From: Cycas panzhihuaensis
Lineage: Eukaryota > Plantae > Cycadophyta
DNA length: 64,000 bases
Direction of reading: 5' to 3'
Assembly (NCBI GenBank): GCA_023213395.1
Contig: CM041465.1
Span: 68,021,741-68,085,740 of the forward strand
Shown piece by piece: positions 1-11,491 of the stretch; position 1 is the first letter of the stretch, and each line of letters opens with the position of its first letter. A program made the position numbers and the translations under genes. The notes below the pieces were generated by a model. That model was not told where the DNA came from, ran no database searches, and saw only the letters and a list, made by a program, of their open reading frames with translations.

Positions 1-551
1 TCGCTTTTTCCTCCAGTTCCTCCTGCAGAACCCGTGTTCTCGTATCCTCTCGAGAACCTTAGTCTTATTTGGGCATCCCCCGGCTAGGACGACACCTTGG
101 AGTATCATCACTCCCCTCTCATGCTTGTTGCTTCCTTCGCATATTTCGCTATGCTCCTCCATGGACATGCATGTCGCTCTATTTCTAACCTCACACCTCT
201 CTATAACCTCTACTTATGGTGGATATGTGTGCTCCTATTAGATATATATCCATACATGGAAGGAAATACATGCATATTACAACAAAATACTTACATCAAA
301 ATATTTACAACCATCAAAATATTTGCAACATATAAAGTAAAATATACATGCTATCTACCATATGATATACACATCATTTCATGTCAAAATGGGGTTCTAA
401 TTACCTTATATATATCCATCAAAAAATAATATGTTACATAATACATGTGGGAAGTCGGTATCCTTGCAGGGGGGTACAATCATATGAGCCTATATATGAC
501 CCCCCTAGAGGCTCGCGCTTTCCTGTCAAAATCAAATGTACATCTCCTATG

Positions 552-1812
552 CTACTGCTGTCCTACTCCTGAGGTGCCATCCCCTGGTCTATGTGATCCC
601 TCTCCTAGGGACCACATCCCTCTGAGGCTCCTCTTGGGCCTCCGCGAGCTACCTGCCTTGCTCCCCTCATCCCGTGGTCATCTTGGGGTCGTAGCCACTG
701 TGTGGGTATAAGTCCTGCTCCTGCTTGACCTCGATACCATCTGGGCCACCAGCTGATTGTATCGGGCCTGGATACGATCTCTCTCCCCCTAGAGTCCCTC
801 CTCTATCACTTTGAGGTGCTCCTTGAGCACCGCTATCTAGACCCTGCTCTTGGTATCTCCTCCTGCTCTGCTCTAAGCCTCTAGGGCCTAAACTCGTCTA
901 CGTAGCTTATCTCACTCGCCCCTGGCCTCGTCGAGCTCTCGCTGCAGTTGTCCCCTGAATGCCATGTGCTCCTAGGACTCTGCAACTCAGATGTCTCTCG
1001 CCCTCGCCAGTGGGGCGAATGCCTCCATGTGGGCACCTACCGACCTAGGCACATCCTCAGCCTGGATGGGCGGTTGCCCCTCTACGTAGACCTAAAGGAA
1101 CATCTCCCTCACCATGGCCTCGATGAGCTGCATAATCTCTGCAGCACCTACCAATGCAACATGTCGTATGTCAGTGAATATCCCACTACATACCATGATA
1201 AAATGAAATTAAGTATCTATTTAGATGTCAAATGACTAAGGAAATGGTTAGGTCTCACCTGCCGTGGTCGCCGGCTCCTCTGCTCGGGCAACATCCTCAT
1301 CTCCTGGCTCTCACTTGTTGTGGTACCTCGTCTGGGTACCTCCTCACTCGACCTCGCTCCTCATAGGGACCGGCTTGACTCTCACCTCTCTAGATCTCCT
1401 CACGATCCATAGCCTGCGGGCCCTAGTCATTTACCCCCTACTCTCTTGAGCTGCCCCTAATGGGCCTGCCTCTCCTCTGGCAGTCCTGGATGGTCCCCTT
1501 TGCTCCTCTGACAGTCGATCACTGCCCCTCATGCAGGTCATGATGGGCCAGCCCCATCTCCCCCAGCATTGCTATCATCATCGTCGTCATCGTCGTCTAT
1601 GGGTGCTCCTGCTCTGCCTGCCTTATCGTCGCTCTCCCACCTCACTGCCCTGTATGGCTCTGCTATATAGTCTATCAGGATGAGGAGGTCTAGCGACGTC
1701 GCCTCTACCGATCAACGGATATGGGCCTGGTCCTCTGTCTCTCGGAGTCATGTTTGCCATCTGTGGACCATCGGGGCCCACTCTACTATGGGGTATGGTC
1801 CCCCCACTGGTG
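552..1812 (-). pseudogene. Antisense extra gene of copy A (PMD-like motif, Asp/Gly-rich linker, coiled coil), spliced, 5'-truncated, with nonsense mutations
   Basis: Manual minus-strand translation: PMVHRWQT*LRETEDQAHIR*SVEATSLDLLILIDYIAEPYRAVRW...DDDDDDDD...[intron 1258-1148]...VYVEGQPPIQAED...QLQRELDEARGE*DKLRRRV...stop at 554-552. Colinear with copy B 10315-11491. Confidence 0.7.
1148..1258 (-). other. GT-AG intron (111 nt) in the antisense gene, copy A
   Basis: CAG|GTGAGA...CACTGAC...TTGGTAG|GT; AT-rich between GC-rich exons; removal keeps the frame; same sites in copy B. Confidence 0.75.
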
Positions 1813-1952
1813 CCACAGCTGCCAGATCCCACCTGGCCCATTTCTCGTCGGTAGATATCCAGCACATCCCGAGGGATCTCAACACTGAAGCGGACGGTCT
1901 CGTCTGCCTCATCCTTGAGCGTCGCCTCCCTCTTCTTAGCGATCGCCTTTGA
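1812..1952 (+). pseudogene. C-terminal fragment of an archaeal-type/RNase HI-like domain (aRH)
   Basis: ATAARSHLAHFSSVDIQHIPRDLNTEADGLV matches the F..V.I.HIPRE.N..AD.LA terminal motif of aRH; the N-terminal catalytic part is missing. Confidence 0.65.
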
Positions 1953-2286
1953 GACTACTTTGCCATCCGATGTACGAGTCTTTGATCGCTTTCGTTTGAT
2001 GTTTGCTCTGTTTCTTGGATTCCTCTACCATGTTGCATCTCGACAGCTGGGCATCCCCTTTGTTGCTCTATTCACTTGCGGTCGATGTTTAGGCGACGTG
2101 GCGGCCCTACGTTATCCTCGTCTCTGTCTCCCTTCTCCACACGTTCCGCCATGACACTCGCCTACACCCTTGGTCCATGTGGTGTTCATTATTGCTTTTA
2201 TATATATATATACATGTGCTACTCATATCTTTGGTTGTCAGCATTCGCCATCACGTTACGCTTCCGAGCAGTGAGGCTCTGCTGCC

Positions 2287-2296
2287 AAGGGGGTAG
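2287..2296 (+). promoter_or_regulatory. Polypurine tract of copy A
   Basis: AAGGGGGTAG immediately before the LTR-initial TG. Confidence 0.75.
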
Positions 2297-4819
2297 TGTT
2301 TCCCAGTTACTGGGAATGGACTCGAGACACATCAACCCAAGTATATTCAGGTATATATTCTCACTTCTCCCCGCTCGTGCTTGATTGAGATTATTTAGTG
2401 TAGACTACTTGACATATGCCTGCCAGCATGCGTTGTTTCTCTGCCTGATCATATTGCATGTGCTTATAACACACTATCATCCTATGATGACTCTAGCGAG
2501 GCATTCTTGATGAATGCTGCACCCCGTATGGCGTACAACCACCCACATCGTCTCCATAACCTCTTAAGATGTTTTAGTCAGTCATGTCTGCCCATTTTAC
2601 GATATTTTGCTCACATTGCAGTCTCCTCTGAGTCCGGTTAATCCCTTGGTTGAGACTCATTTTACTGTTCTAGCTACTTACCCATCATCTGGATGTTTCC
2701 CCCTGTTGTTTTAAGCTTACTTTACCCTTGATAACAGCTCCAAAACCTTTATGTCTGTTGTTTCTTTTCTTTTTTTGTTACCCGATGCAATGCCGTGTAA
2801 ACTTAGCGGTACCATGGTCTTCTTGGCCTTCTGCCAAGTTTACCACCAGTCATTGTTTAAATTTTAAAAAAGAAAACCACGCGACAATTTCTACTTTTTT
2901 TGCAGAACTGCCACATGGTGCCTGTCGATTCAAGTTGCCTTGACATCCCCAACGTTCACCAATAGTGAACAGGGGATAAAGGGGAATTTTCCTCCTCATT
3001 TTGAGATCTTTTGCCCATTTTTCTAACTTTTCTGCTAAAAATTCACATAGAGAGACATACTTTACATGCACAGAAACCTGTCACAAAGGAGAAGACACTA
3101 CTATAAGCTGGATTTTCAGGGACCATTGCTGCCCCCGACTCTCAACAAAGGCCACATCTTCTTGTAAGTGACCAAGGTTTCAAGAAAGATTTCTACCAAA
3201 AGCTCCTCAAAATGACCAACTACCAAGGTTCCAAGCTTACAAAGATATTTCTATACTTCACTCTTTTAAAAACCTGCCACTATTATTCATCATATACTGG
3301 TTATTCTTGTCGTTTCCTAATAGCAAACTTATGTTTGATTCTCCCCTAACAAGGTACTCTCTACTCTTGCTTGCAATTTGTGTTATTCTTGTTTCTTTTA
3401 TGTTTTGATGAATAAAATTCTAATTTATGTAGCTTTATGTTATTGCACTTGATTAGCACCATTCCCTTTTTCTTTTGAGGCATTACTATTTTTTCCAAAT
3501 CATCCCTCTAAACCATTTTTTGGTTGGCTGTTACAAAGGGGGCAACATAAAGAGGATTTGAGGGAGGTAGGCGGGGTTTCGTCCCCCTTGTTGCCCTTCT
3601 CCCTAAGGGTTCCATCCCTTATCCTCTTTCCCTTTGTCTTTAATGCCTTCTTAGGAATGGAGTTAAAGGGAATTTGGGGAATGCAATTTCAGTATTAAAA
3701 CCAGTATTGGTAACCTATTGCCACGCCGGTTCCAGAAATTCCATCCGTTAGTGTTGGGCCCTACCTAAGCCCCAAACCTTTCTGTTGCTCCCTTCTTTGT
3801 TACTGTTTGTTGCCCTACGACCTTGTTGTCAGCACGTTTCTCCTTTCCGAGTTCCATGGAGATCCTTTGTGGGTGAGTTAGCCATTCCGAGGCTATACTC
3901 TTTTCTTTTTTGGGTGTGTTTATGGTGTATGGTGGTGGGAGTCTTTATTGTATGTTGTCATTTTACTTTGCTACATATTGATACTTACTGTAGATTTATG
4001 TAGTTCTATTTGATTTTAGTATATTTCTTTGGTGTATTTTGTGGCCCCTCTTCCGAGAGGGAGGTATTCTCCTAACTTACTTATAGGATCTCACGTTAGT
4101 AGAGCGGTGCGTGGAACGAAACCCATTGCAGGTTAGTTCTACGTATGGTGCATTCCTTATTATTTCACGCTTTTGCTTCTTTTCCATTTTTTTACTTTGC
4201 ATGTGTAAGGGGAGGTAAGTTAGCCCCTCTTCGATTACTTACGGCAATTATCGCTGACCAGCATCACATGCACGACGAGCGGATTAGAAAGGAGTGGGAA
4301 CTAAAGGGACGAGCAGCACTCCACTCGGGCACTGGATCTAGGTACTCTTCTTATTCCATACGTATCTCTTTTATACAGTTGTCTTTCATACATCTGCTTG
4401 TATAGTTAGGAACGTATAAAGAATTAAAAAGGGGAAAAGGAAAGTGTGTTTATTTTGCATTGTTTCCTATATCGGTTAGCTTAGCTTAGCCAGATTGTTT
4501 ACATTATATTCGAGCTACCCTCGTTGTACCCCCTTTTTGCCTTCGCCTATATGTTAGTTTGCTTGCCTTTCCATTTCGTTGCCTTCTCATTACCTTGAGA
4601 AGGCCTTAGCCTTAGGTCTTTCTCCTCTTCCCGGCCATCAGGGTAGGAAGGCCTCGCTTTGCAGCGGCTACAGAAGCAACTGTGCACCTCTGATCCCGAA
4701 TCCGCTGCAGGCGCCTGAGGCGCCATGAGGTGAAGTCCTTGCTGCCTAGTTTAATTAGTTTTGCACATTTCATGCCCTTTTACTAGACGTAGGGACACCA
4801 CCTCGTAGCAAGCGTTTCA
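2297..4819 (+). repeat. 3' LTR (~2.5 kb) of Tat-like copy A
   Basis: TGTTTCC...GCGTTTCA termini. The start is homologous to 10154-10314 and the end to ~17556-18276 (shared TCGTTGCCTTCTCATTACCTTGAGAAG, TAGACGTAGG, AGCGTTTCA). Confidence 0.8.
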
Positions 4820-5214
4820 GATACCCATGGCTATCTTAATTAAGCTACAATAGCAAAATACCTTTAAGATAATAGGATGTAAAAAGAAGAATAAGGTGGT
4901 AATCCTTATAAGCTTTATAAGTGTCCACAACTTTTCCAACTATAAAAAGGCATAATATTTAGGTTATCACATTGAGCATAACTTAGAATTCAATAAGTTA
5001 GTACCAACATATAGTTCTACCACATAACAGAAAAGTAAAATGCCTTGAGTTAAACATTAGGAGCGATGAGTTTAACTCATTTTCATTATCCATGAGTTAT
5101 AGATTTAGTCTTAGAAGTATAGTGGTTAAGGGCCTTAGTCACATTTAGCATAAACATTGATGAAGGACTTCTATAATCCAAACATAATAGAATCGAGTAT
5201 GTATTATATAGAAT

Positions 5215-5420
5215 CAAGATACTTATAATAGATTTGATGTTTATTATATTGTGAGACTAAAGTTAGGTGGGAGACATTGAGAAGTAGAGCACAAGCATAC
5301 CACAACATATGCTAGATCATAGAGAAGACTTGAATGAAAATTGGGATGTTTCTTCTAGAGAAGAGATTGATATTTGATTTAATATGTAATATGATATTCA
5401 TATAATAATTGGGAGGCATA
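5215..5420 (-). repeat. Remnant homologous to the PBS-proximal leader of the old gypsy element at 18479-25242
   Basis: TAGATCATAGAGAAGA.TTGAATGAAA...ATGTTTCTTCTA shared, same orientation, with ~24540-24720. Confidence 0.6.
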
Positions 5421-5431
5421 TAAAATATACT

Positions 5432-8425
5432 GCCTATCCCTTGGATGTCCTCAATGTTCCTCCAGATCATGCTTCCTCCTCTCCCTGTCCAGTAGTCTTT
5501 AATCAGTTTACTGTATTGCCTAACACAAGGATCCATCAGTGGCACCAGATCTGGGAACTCCTTCAGGGCCTTGTTGCAACACCATATGTCATCCTAGAAT
5601 CTTATGGAATTGCCATCACCCAGTCTCCATTTTAGCCCCTCCCTGATAGCAGCTCATGCTTTGAGGATGCTCCTTCAGATGGTGGAGCCAGCTAGCGATA
5701 CACTGCTATCCAAAAGCGAGCCCCCCTGAATATATTTTCTAGAGAGAATCCTCTCCCAAAGTCTCTCTCCACCTTTGAACAATCTCCACCCAAGCTTTGC
5801 CCCAAGGGCGACATTGAAAGGTGAAAGCCTCTCCATGATTGAGGCCGACCCATTTCGGGGTGCAAACCTTGCTCCAACTCACCAGATGGATCCTATCTTT
5901 GCTTTCTGAGCCAAACCAGAGGAATCTTTTCTGAATTGATTCTATAGTGTCTGAGATGGCTTGCAGGACCCTAAAAATGGACATCTAAAACACTGGAATG
6001 CTTTGGAGAGTAGAGGCCACTAGCTGGAGCTTTCCGGCTAAGCTCAAAAGGGCTCCTTTCCATCCCACTAGTTTTCTTTGCATTCTGTCTAAAAGAGGGT
6101 TCCACATTTCTTTGGACATCTTACCTATAAACAGGGGCAGACCCAAGTAGATTGTGGGGAGCTTTTTTATATCCATACATAGGATTCTGCGGATCCTGCC
6201 TTGGACATAGCCTGAGGTATTTATGAAGAAGACATTACTTTTCTTGAGACTAATCATCTGGTTCGTGGCCTTCTCAAAATGGCCCAGGATATCTTTAAAT
6301 TTGGAAGCTTCTCTAACTGTCGCCTTACTAAGGAAGATATTATCATCAACAAATTGATGGTGTACCATATTGTCCACCCCCGACGTCGGTTTGATTCTAA
6401 TTAAGGACCCCAGCCTCTTAGTGGACTCTAGGGTTCTGCCCAGCAGCTCAGCCATCGTAATAAAAAGGAAGGGAGAAAGGGGGTCTCCTTGCCTCAATCC
6501 CCTAAAACCTGGGAAGAACCTGGAAGATGAGCAGTTGATAATAATAGAAAATTGCGGGTTCCCAATATACAGTCTGATCTAGGTTCGCCAATATTCCCGA
6601 AGCCAAAAGCCTCCAGGTAGTCAATCAAGCATTCCCAGGACACCCTATCAAAAGCTTTTGTGAGATCGATCTTGATAAGCATGGCAGGCTCCTTCCTTTC
6701 GGCGGCTGAGTGGATTGTTTCATGAACGACAATATAACCGTCATATATCTACCTACCACAAAGGAACCCGTCCTCGTTATGAGAGATAATGTTTGGCATG
6801 ATACTCTTCAGCCTGTTGACAAGGACCTTAGTTAATATCTTATATTTGACATTGCAGAGACTTATGGGACAGAACTCCTCCATCCTTTTCGTCCCTTCTT
6901 TTTTGGGGATAAGGACGAGGAATGTAGACTGCCATTCCTGCAATATCTTTTTATTAGTGTAGAATTCCTACAAAGCTTCCATTAGATCCTCTTTAATAAT
7001 ATCCCAATATTCTTAGAAAAAGCCCGGAGGGAATCCATCAGGGCCAGGGGCTTTATCTTTCTTCATGCTAAAGAGGGTCATCCTAACTTCCTCAAGAGTA
7101 AACCGGGTAGTCAACTGGGCATTTTGAGTTTCATTCATCAGCTTGGGGATATTATTTAAAAAGTCTTTTCTGCTATCCATATCCCCAACCTAGGGTTCAG
7201 TGAATAGATCCCTGAAATAATCGCTAGCCAACTCCTTCATGCCCTCCAAAGAGCTAACAACTGAACCATCTTCCGTTTGAAGGCTGGAGATTCTGTTACT
7301 AGCTCTGCACTTAACTGTAGTCATATGGAAGAATTTTGTATTCCTGTCTCCTCACTTGACCAAAGAGTCACAGTTTACGCCTCCAGAGAATTTCTTCTCT
7401 GATAAGAATCTCATCCAGCTTCTCGACTAGCTCGTTTTCTGTCTTATCTATCTCTGGGACTCTGCCGGTTCGTTCAATCCTATCCTCAATAGCCTTCAGA
7501 TCACTAATGGTTTTATCCTTCTGCTAAGGAATATTTCGGAAGACCTCCTTATTCCAAGCCTTGATTTATCTTTTAATCCAATTAAGCTTCTTCAAAAATT
7601 TGAACATTACGTGACCTTTAATTTGAATCTGCCACCATTCCTCGATCCTATTCCTAAGATCGGGGTGACGAAGCTACATTAGCTCGAACCTAAAAGGGGA
7701 ACCAATGTATTTGCCTGGAGCCAAAAATTGGAGCAGAAGAGGAGAATGGTCAGAACTTATCCTCGGAATCGCCTTAAGGGAGAAGTTGCTATAGTTCCTC
7801 AGCCAGTCGTAATTGACCAGCACCCTGTCCAATTTAATTTGGATTAAATCATTCCCCAATCTCTTGTTAGGCCAGGTAAAAAGGCCCCTCTTGGCTTAAC
7901 ATCCTCCAGCCCCCCCTGCTGAAGGAATTTGCTAAATTCTCCCATACTGGTAGTCCATCCACCAGTACCTCCTCTCTTGTCACCCGGGGACAATGTCGAA
8001 TTAAAGTCTCCTACCAACAGCCATGGATGTTGGCAGTCCCTGTGTGCCTCTAAAAGTCTACCCCAGAGATTCTTCCCCGCCTCTTGATTATTTGGAGCAT
8101 AGACATTTATGGCTCTCCATGATAGGTTATTGCTTTTGTTAGTAAGTCGGATCGATATAAAAGATCCCTCTGCTAGGAAAAGTTCTCCCAACCAGGTCAA
8201 TGGGTTCCATAGAATTATTAATCCCCCAGCACCTTGGGCATATCCGACCTCAATACTATCAGCCGTCCTCCAGATTTTGTTTTTGACTCTTTGGCCATTC
8301 TCCTTATTCATTTTGGTTTCCTGCAGGAATATCAGGTCCGGAAGGTATTTATTTCGCATATCCTTCATAATCCTCTACTTCAAGGGGGCATTGAGGCCCC
8401 TGATATTCCAAGATAATAGTTTCAT
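5432..8425 (-). pseudogene. L1-a ORF2 (AP endonuclease + reverse transcriptase), degraded
   Basis: MKLLSWNIRGLN, LIFLQETK, NVYAP, GDFN, KLDRVLVN, SDHSP, PISLCN, KIDLTKAFDRV, RQGDPLSP, QFVDD motifs across ORF-track fragments. Confidence 0.92.
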
Positions 8426-9828
8426 CTCTTCTTCCTTTGCTTCCAAACTTCAGCAGGCTCTCCTTTTGGAGGCTCTTTAATTGCAGTGCTGGATCTAAGG
8501 GTAAGCCCTTCAAGGAACACTTCCTTTAGGGTTTTCTGGCTACCTTGGTCTACTTGTATAGCCGTTTCTTTCTCTCTTAGGAGCTTTATAGGCGGCCTCC
8601 CTACCTTCTTCTCAGCACCCACATCTAGCTATTTTTTCATTGTCGGTTGTGGTGTTGAGTCTCGGACTGGCTCCTCTAGGTCCTTCGCTGTGGGCTCTAA
8701 CTCCATGACCCTAACCTTCTGCTTTTGAGCTTCCAAATCACTACGAACAACATTAGCCTCTTTGGTTGGGGATAGACCTAACTGCTTATCCCTCCCGCGT
8801 AGAGCTTCAGGGTGAATAATTTGAGTCTTTGTGGTGATCCCAATAGGGGAAGAGACCCCTATACATGCCTCACCATCCTGGCTACCCAGAGCCATAGGAA
8901 TTTGTGCATCTTGCTCTCCTTCCTCTAAGAGCGTATCCTCTTTATTGGGATCAAAACCCAAATTCCCAATGGGAATCTCAGCTTCCACCATGTGCCCTTC
9001 AAGTTTTGGGACCACCTCCTGGCCCTTTTCCTTATTTTCTTGAGCATTTGGTTCTGGAGGTCTCATGTTAATCTCATTTGGTTGAGGCTTAATTCCTGGA
9101 TATTTTTGGGGCAAGTGCCCCAGTATTCTACATGTGGAGCATCTTATGTGGTCCATTTCATAAACCAATGGCTGCACCCTACTCTCATGTGGCAAATCCA
9201 TCCAGATATCGTCCAGGAGGGGCTTGTTGAGCCGAGTTAGAACACAGATCCTAGCGTTGATGAGCCTACTCCTATTCTTCATCGCGGAATCAACAGCTAA
9301 AAGAGGACCCACCGCCTTAGCTATAACCTTGAATACTTCTGGATTCCAATGATGCAATGGGAGACCTAGGAGTTGGATCCATAAGGGGGCTTGTTTAATT
9401 TTGGGTGTAGAGGGATCAAAATCCCTATGCCATTTCTCAAGCGACAGGGCTTTCCGGCCAAACATCCATGGCGCCCTGAGTAAGATACTGGACATATCTT
9501 CGTAAGAGGAAAATCTGAACAGCACACAACCCTTGGGCATGGCTATTACTTCCACACCTCCGGCCGTTTTCCATTTGGCTCTCGTCCAGCTTCTAATTGT
9601 CTCTAGACCCGGTCTCGGTCAGGAATCATCGACCAAGCAGTTCTCCCAGAGTTTCTCAGTTCTTTCCACAAGTGCTATAGGTATTTTCAATCTAACTTTA
9701 TTGTCAATAACTACTGGCGTTAGGTCGAAGGATTCCTCTTCATTTGGTTTCAGGGCATCTCGGTAAGATTTCCCAGAAGACGGGTTAGGGGTCTGAGTCA
9801 AGTTTTGAAGGATATGTTCTATTATCAT
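8422..9828 (-). pseudogene. L1-a ORF1 (DUF4283 + CCHC zinc knuckle)
   Basis: LFRFSS...APWMFGRKALSLEKW...PLWIQL.GLPLHHW, and CSTCRILGHLPQKY (CX2CX4HX4C with the last Cys mutated). Confidence 0.88.
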
Positions 9829-10153
9829 GATTTAATATCAAAACCAACAAGAAAAAACTAGCCAAGGGAGCATATGCATACCATGGTAGAATCCTGCCCG
9901 GCTGCTAACTTCGTATTCAATTTCTTGAAGCCAAGAAGCTCCACTAGAGGAATGACTTCCCAATGGCACCCTTTCCCGTCAGTCTTCACCAACGTTCTGA
10001 CTATCTTCAAGCAGCATTCAGCATCTGTTATACTTCTCCCAATCAACTTTGAACTGCATAGATGCACATGACCTTGAGAGGGCTAGAGAGAGTGGCTCTG
10101 TGTGCTCAAGTCGTTACGCCAATGGCTGACTCTCCAACCTTTCGTTAACTATT

Positions 10154-10314
10154 TGTTTCCAGTATTGGGAATGGACTCGAGGCCAAACACAGGTTTGTTT
10201 AGGTATATATTCTTACTTTTCTTACCTATATTAATTAAGGTGGTTTAGAGTAGTTTGATTGACATATGCCTGTCTATATGCATTTGTTTGTCTGCTTGAT
10301 CATAATGCATGTGC
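10154..10314 (+). repeat. LTR 5'-terminal fragment of copy B
   Basis: TGTTTCCAGTATTGGGAATGGACTCGAG...GACATATGCCTG...GCATGTGC aligns to 2297-2463. Confidence 0.85.
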
Positions 10315-11491
10315 CTCAGTCGACGCGACATCGCTCGACCTCCTCACTCTGACAGACTACATAGCAGATCCATACAGGGCAGTGAGGTGGGCGAGTGATG
10401 GCCAGCGAGGAGGCGGGAGCTCCCATCGATGGCGGCGGCGACGATGATGACGATGGGGGTGACGGCGGCGGACGGGGAGATGGGGCTGGCCCATCCCGAC
10501 TTGTGGGAGAGGCGAGTCCATCACAGGCACCTGAGGACATAGCCGGACCATCCGGGGCTGCCACGAGAGGGGTGCCAATCGAGGCGCCGAGGCGAGCGGT
10601 GAGACCGAGGCCTGAGGCTACGAATCGTGAGGAGATCCAGAGAGGTGAGGGTCGAGCCGGTCCTTGCCGGAGATGAGGCGGAGGCAGAGGCAGAGGATGT
10701 GCTAGAGGATGAGGCACCGGCAGCTGGCGGAGAGCCATGAGAGGGAGACGTCACCCGAGCAGAGGATCCAGCAGCCACGGCAGGTGAGATCCAACCGTTT
10801 CCCTAGTCGTTTGACATCTAGATAGATTTTGATTTGACTTTATGATATGCATCGAGGATACACACTGACACATGGCATGTTACATTGACAGGTGTAACGG
10901 AGGTCCAGCGACTTATCGAGGCTACGGTGAGGGAGCTGTTCCCTCAGGTCTACGTAGAGGGGCAACCGCCCATCCAGGCAGAGGATGCGCCCAGATCGGC
11001 GGGGGCCTACATGCAGGCATTCGCCCCATTGGTGCGAGCGAGAGACATCTGGGCTGCAGAGACCCAGGAGCACATGGCATTCGGGCATTGCGGCGAGAGC
11101 TCGATGCAACCGAGGCGGCAAGATGAGGCTGCGTGGGCGGATCCAGCCTTGGAGGCACAGGCGGGTCGGGGGAGACATAGGGAGGCGGCACTGCCTTGCG
11201 ATCCTAGAGGAGCACCTTAAGGCGTCGGAGGAGAGGTTTAGAGCCATCGAGGAAGGACTCGAGGTGAGAGGGACGCATCCGGTCACTTACGACCGGTGGT
11301 GGTGCGAGATGGTCTCTAGGTCGAGCAGAAGCCACACACACACACACACGGTGGCTACGACTCCGAGGCGGCCTAGGGACGAGGAGAGCGAGGCGGGCAG
11401 CTCGCGGAGGCCTAGGAGGAGCCTCGTAGGGATGTGGTCCCCAGGTGAGGGATCACCTGCACCAGAGATGGGACCCGGGATGCAGGCGTAG
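10315..11491 (+). pseudogene. Extra gene of copy B, antisense to pol (PMD-like motif, acidic linker, coiled coil), spliced, 5'-truncated, frameshifted
   Basis: Pieces in ORFs 10259..10447 (SVDATSLDLLTLTDYIADPYRAVRW), 10395..10676, 10885..11220 and 10985..11491; homologous to copy A 1712-552. Confidence 0.72.
10784..10891 (+). other. GT-AG intron (108 nt) in the antisense gene, copy B
   Basis: CAG|GTGAGA...CACTGAC (branch-like, 10863-10869)...TTGACAG|GT; splicing joins EDPAATA-G-VTEVQRL in frame. Confidence 0.78.

Larger units (their letters stand above)
1..4819 (+). mobile_element. Ty3/gypsy Tat-like LTR retrotransposon, copy A (3' part: post-integrase region, PPT, 3' LTR; 5' part lies outside the window)
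   Basis: 1-1712 is the reverse-complement homolog of 10315-~12090, the post-integrase region of copy B. PPT AAGGGGGTAG at 2287-2296 is followed by TG, and the element ends ...GCGTTTCA at 4819. Confidence 0.85.
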
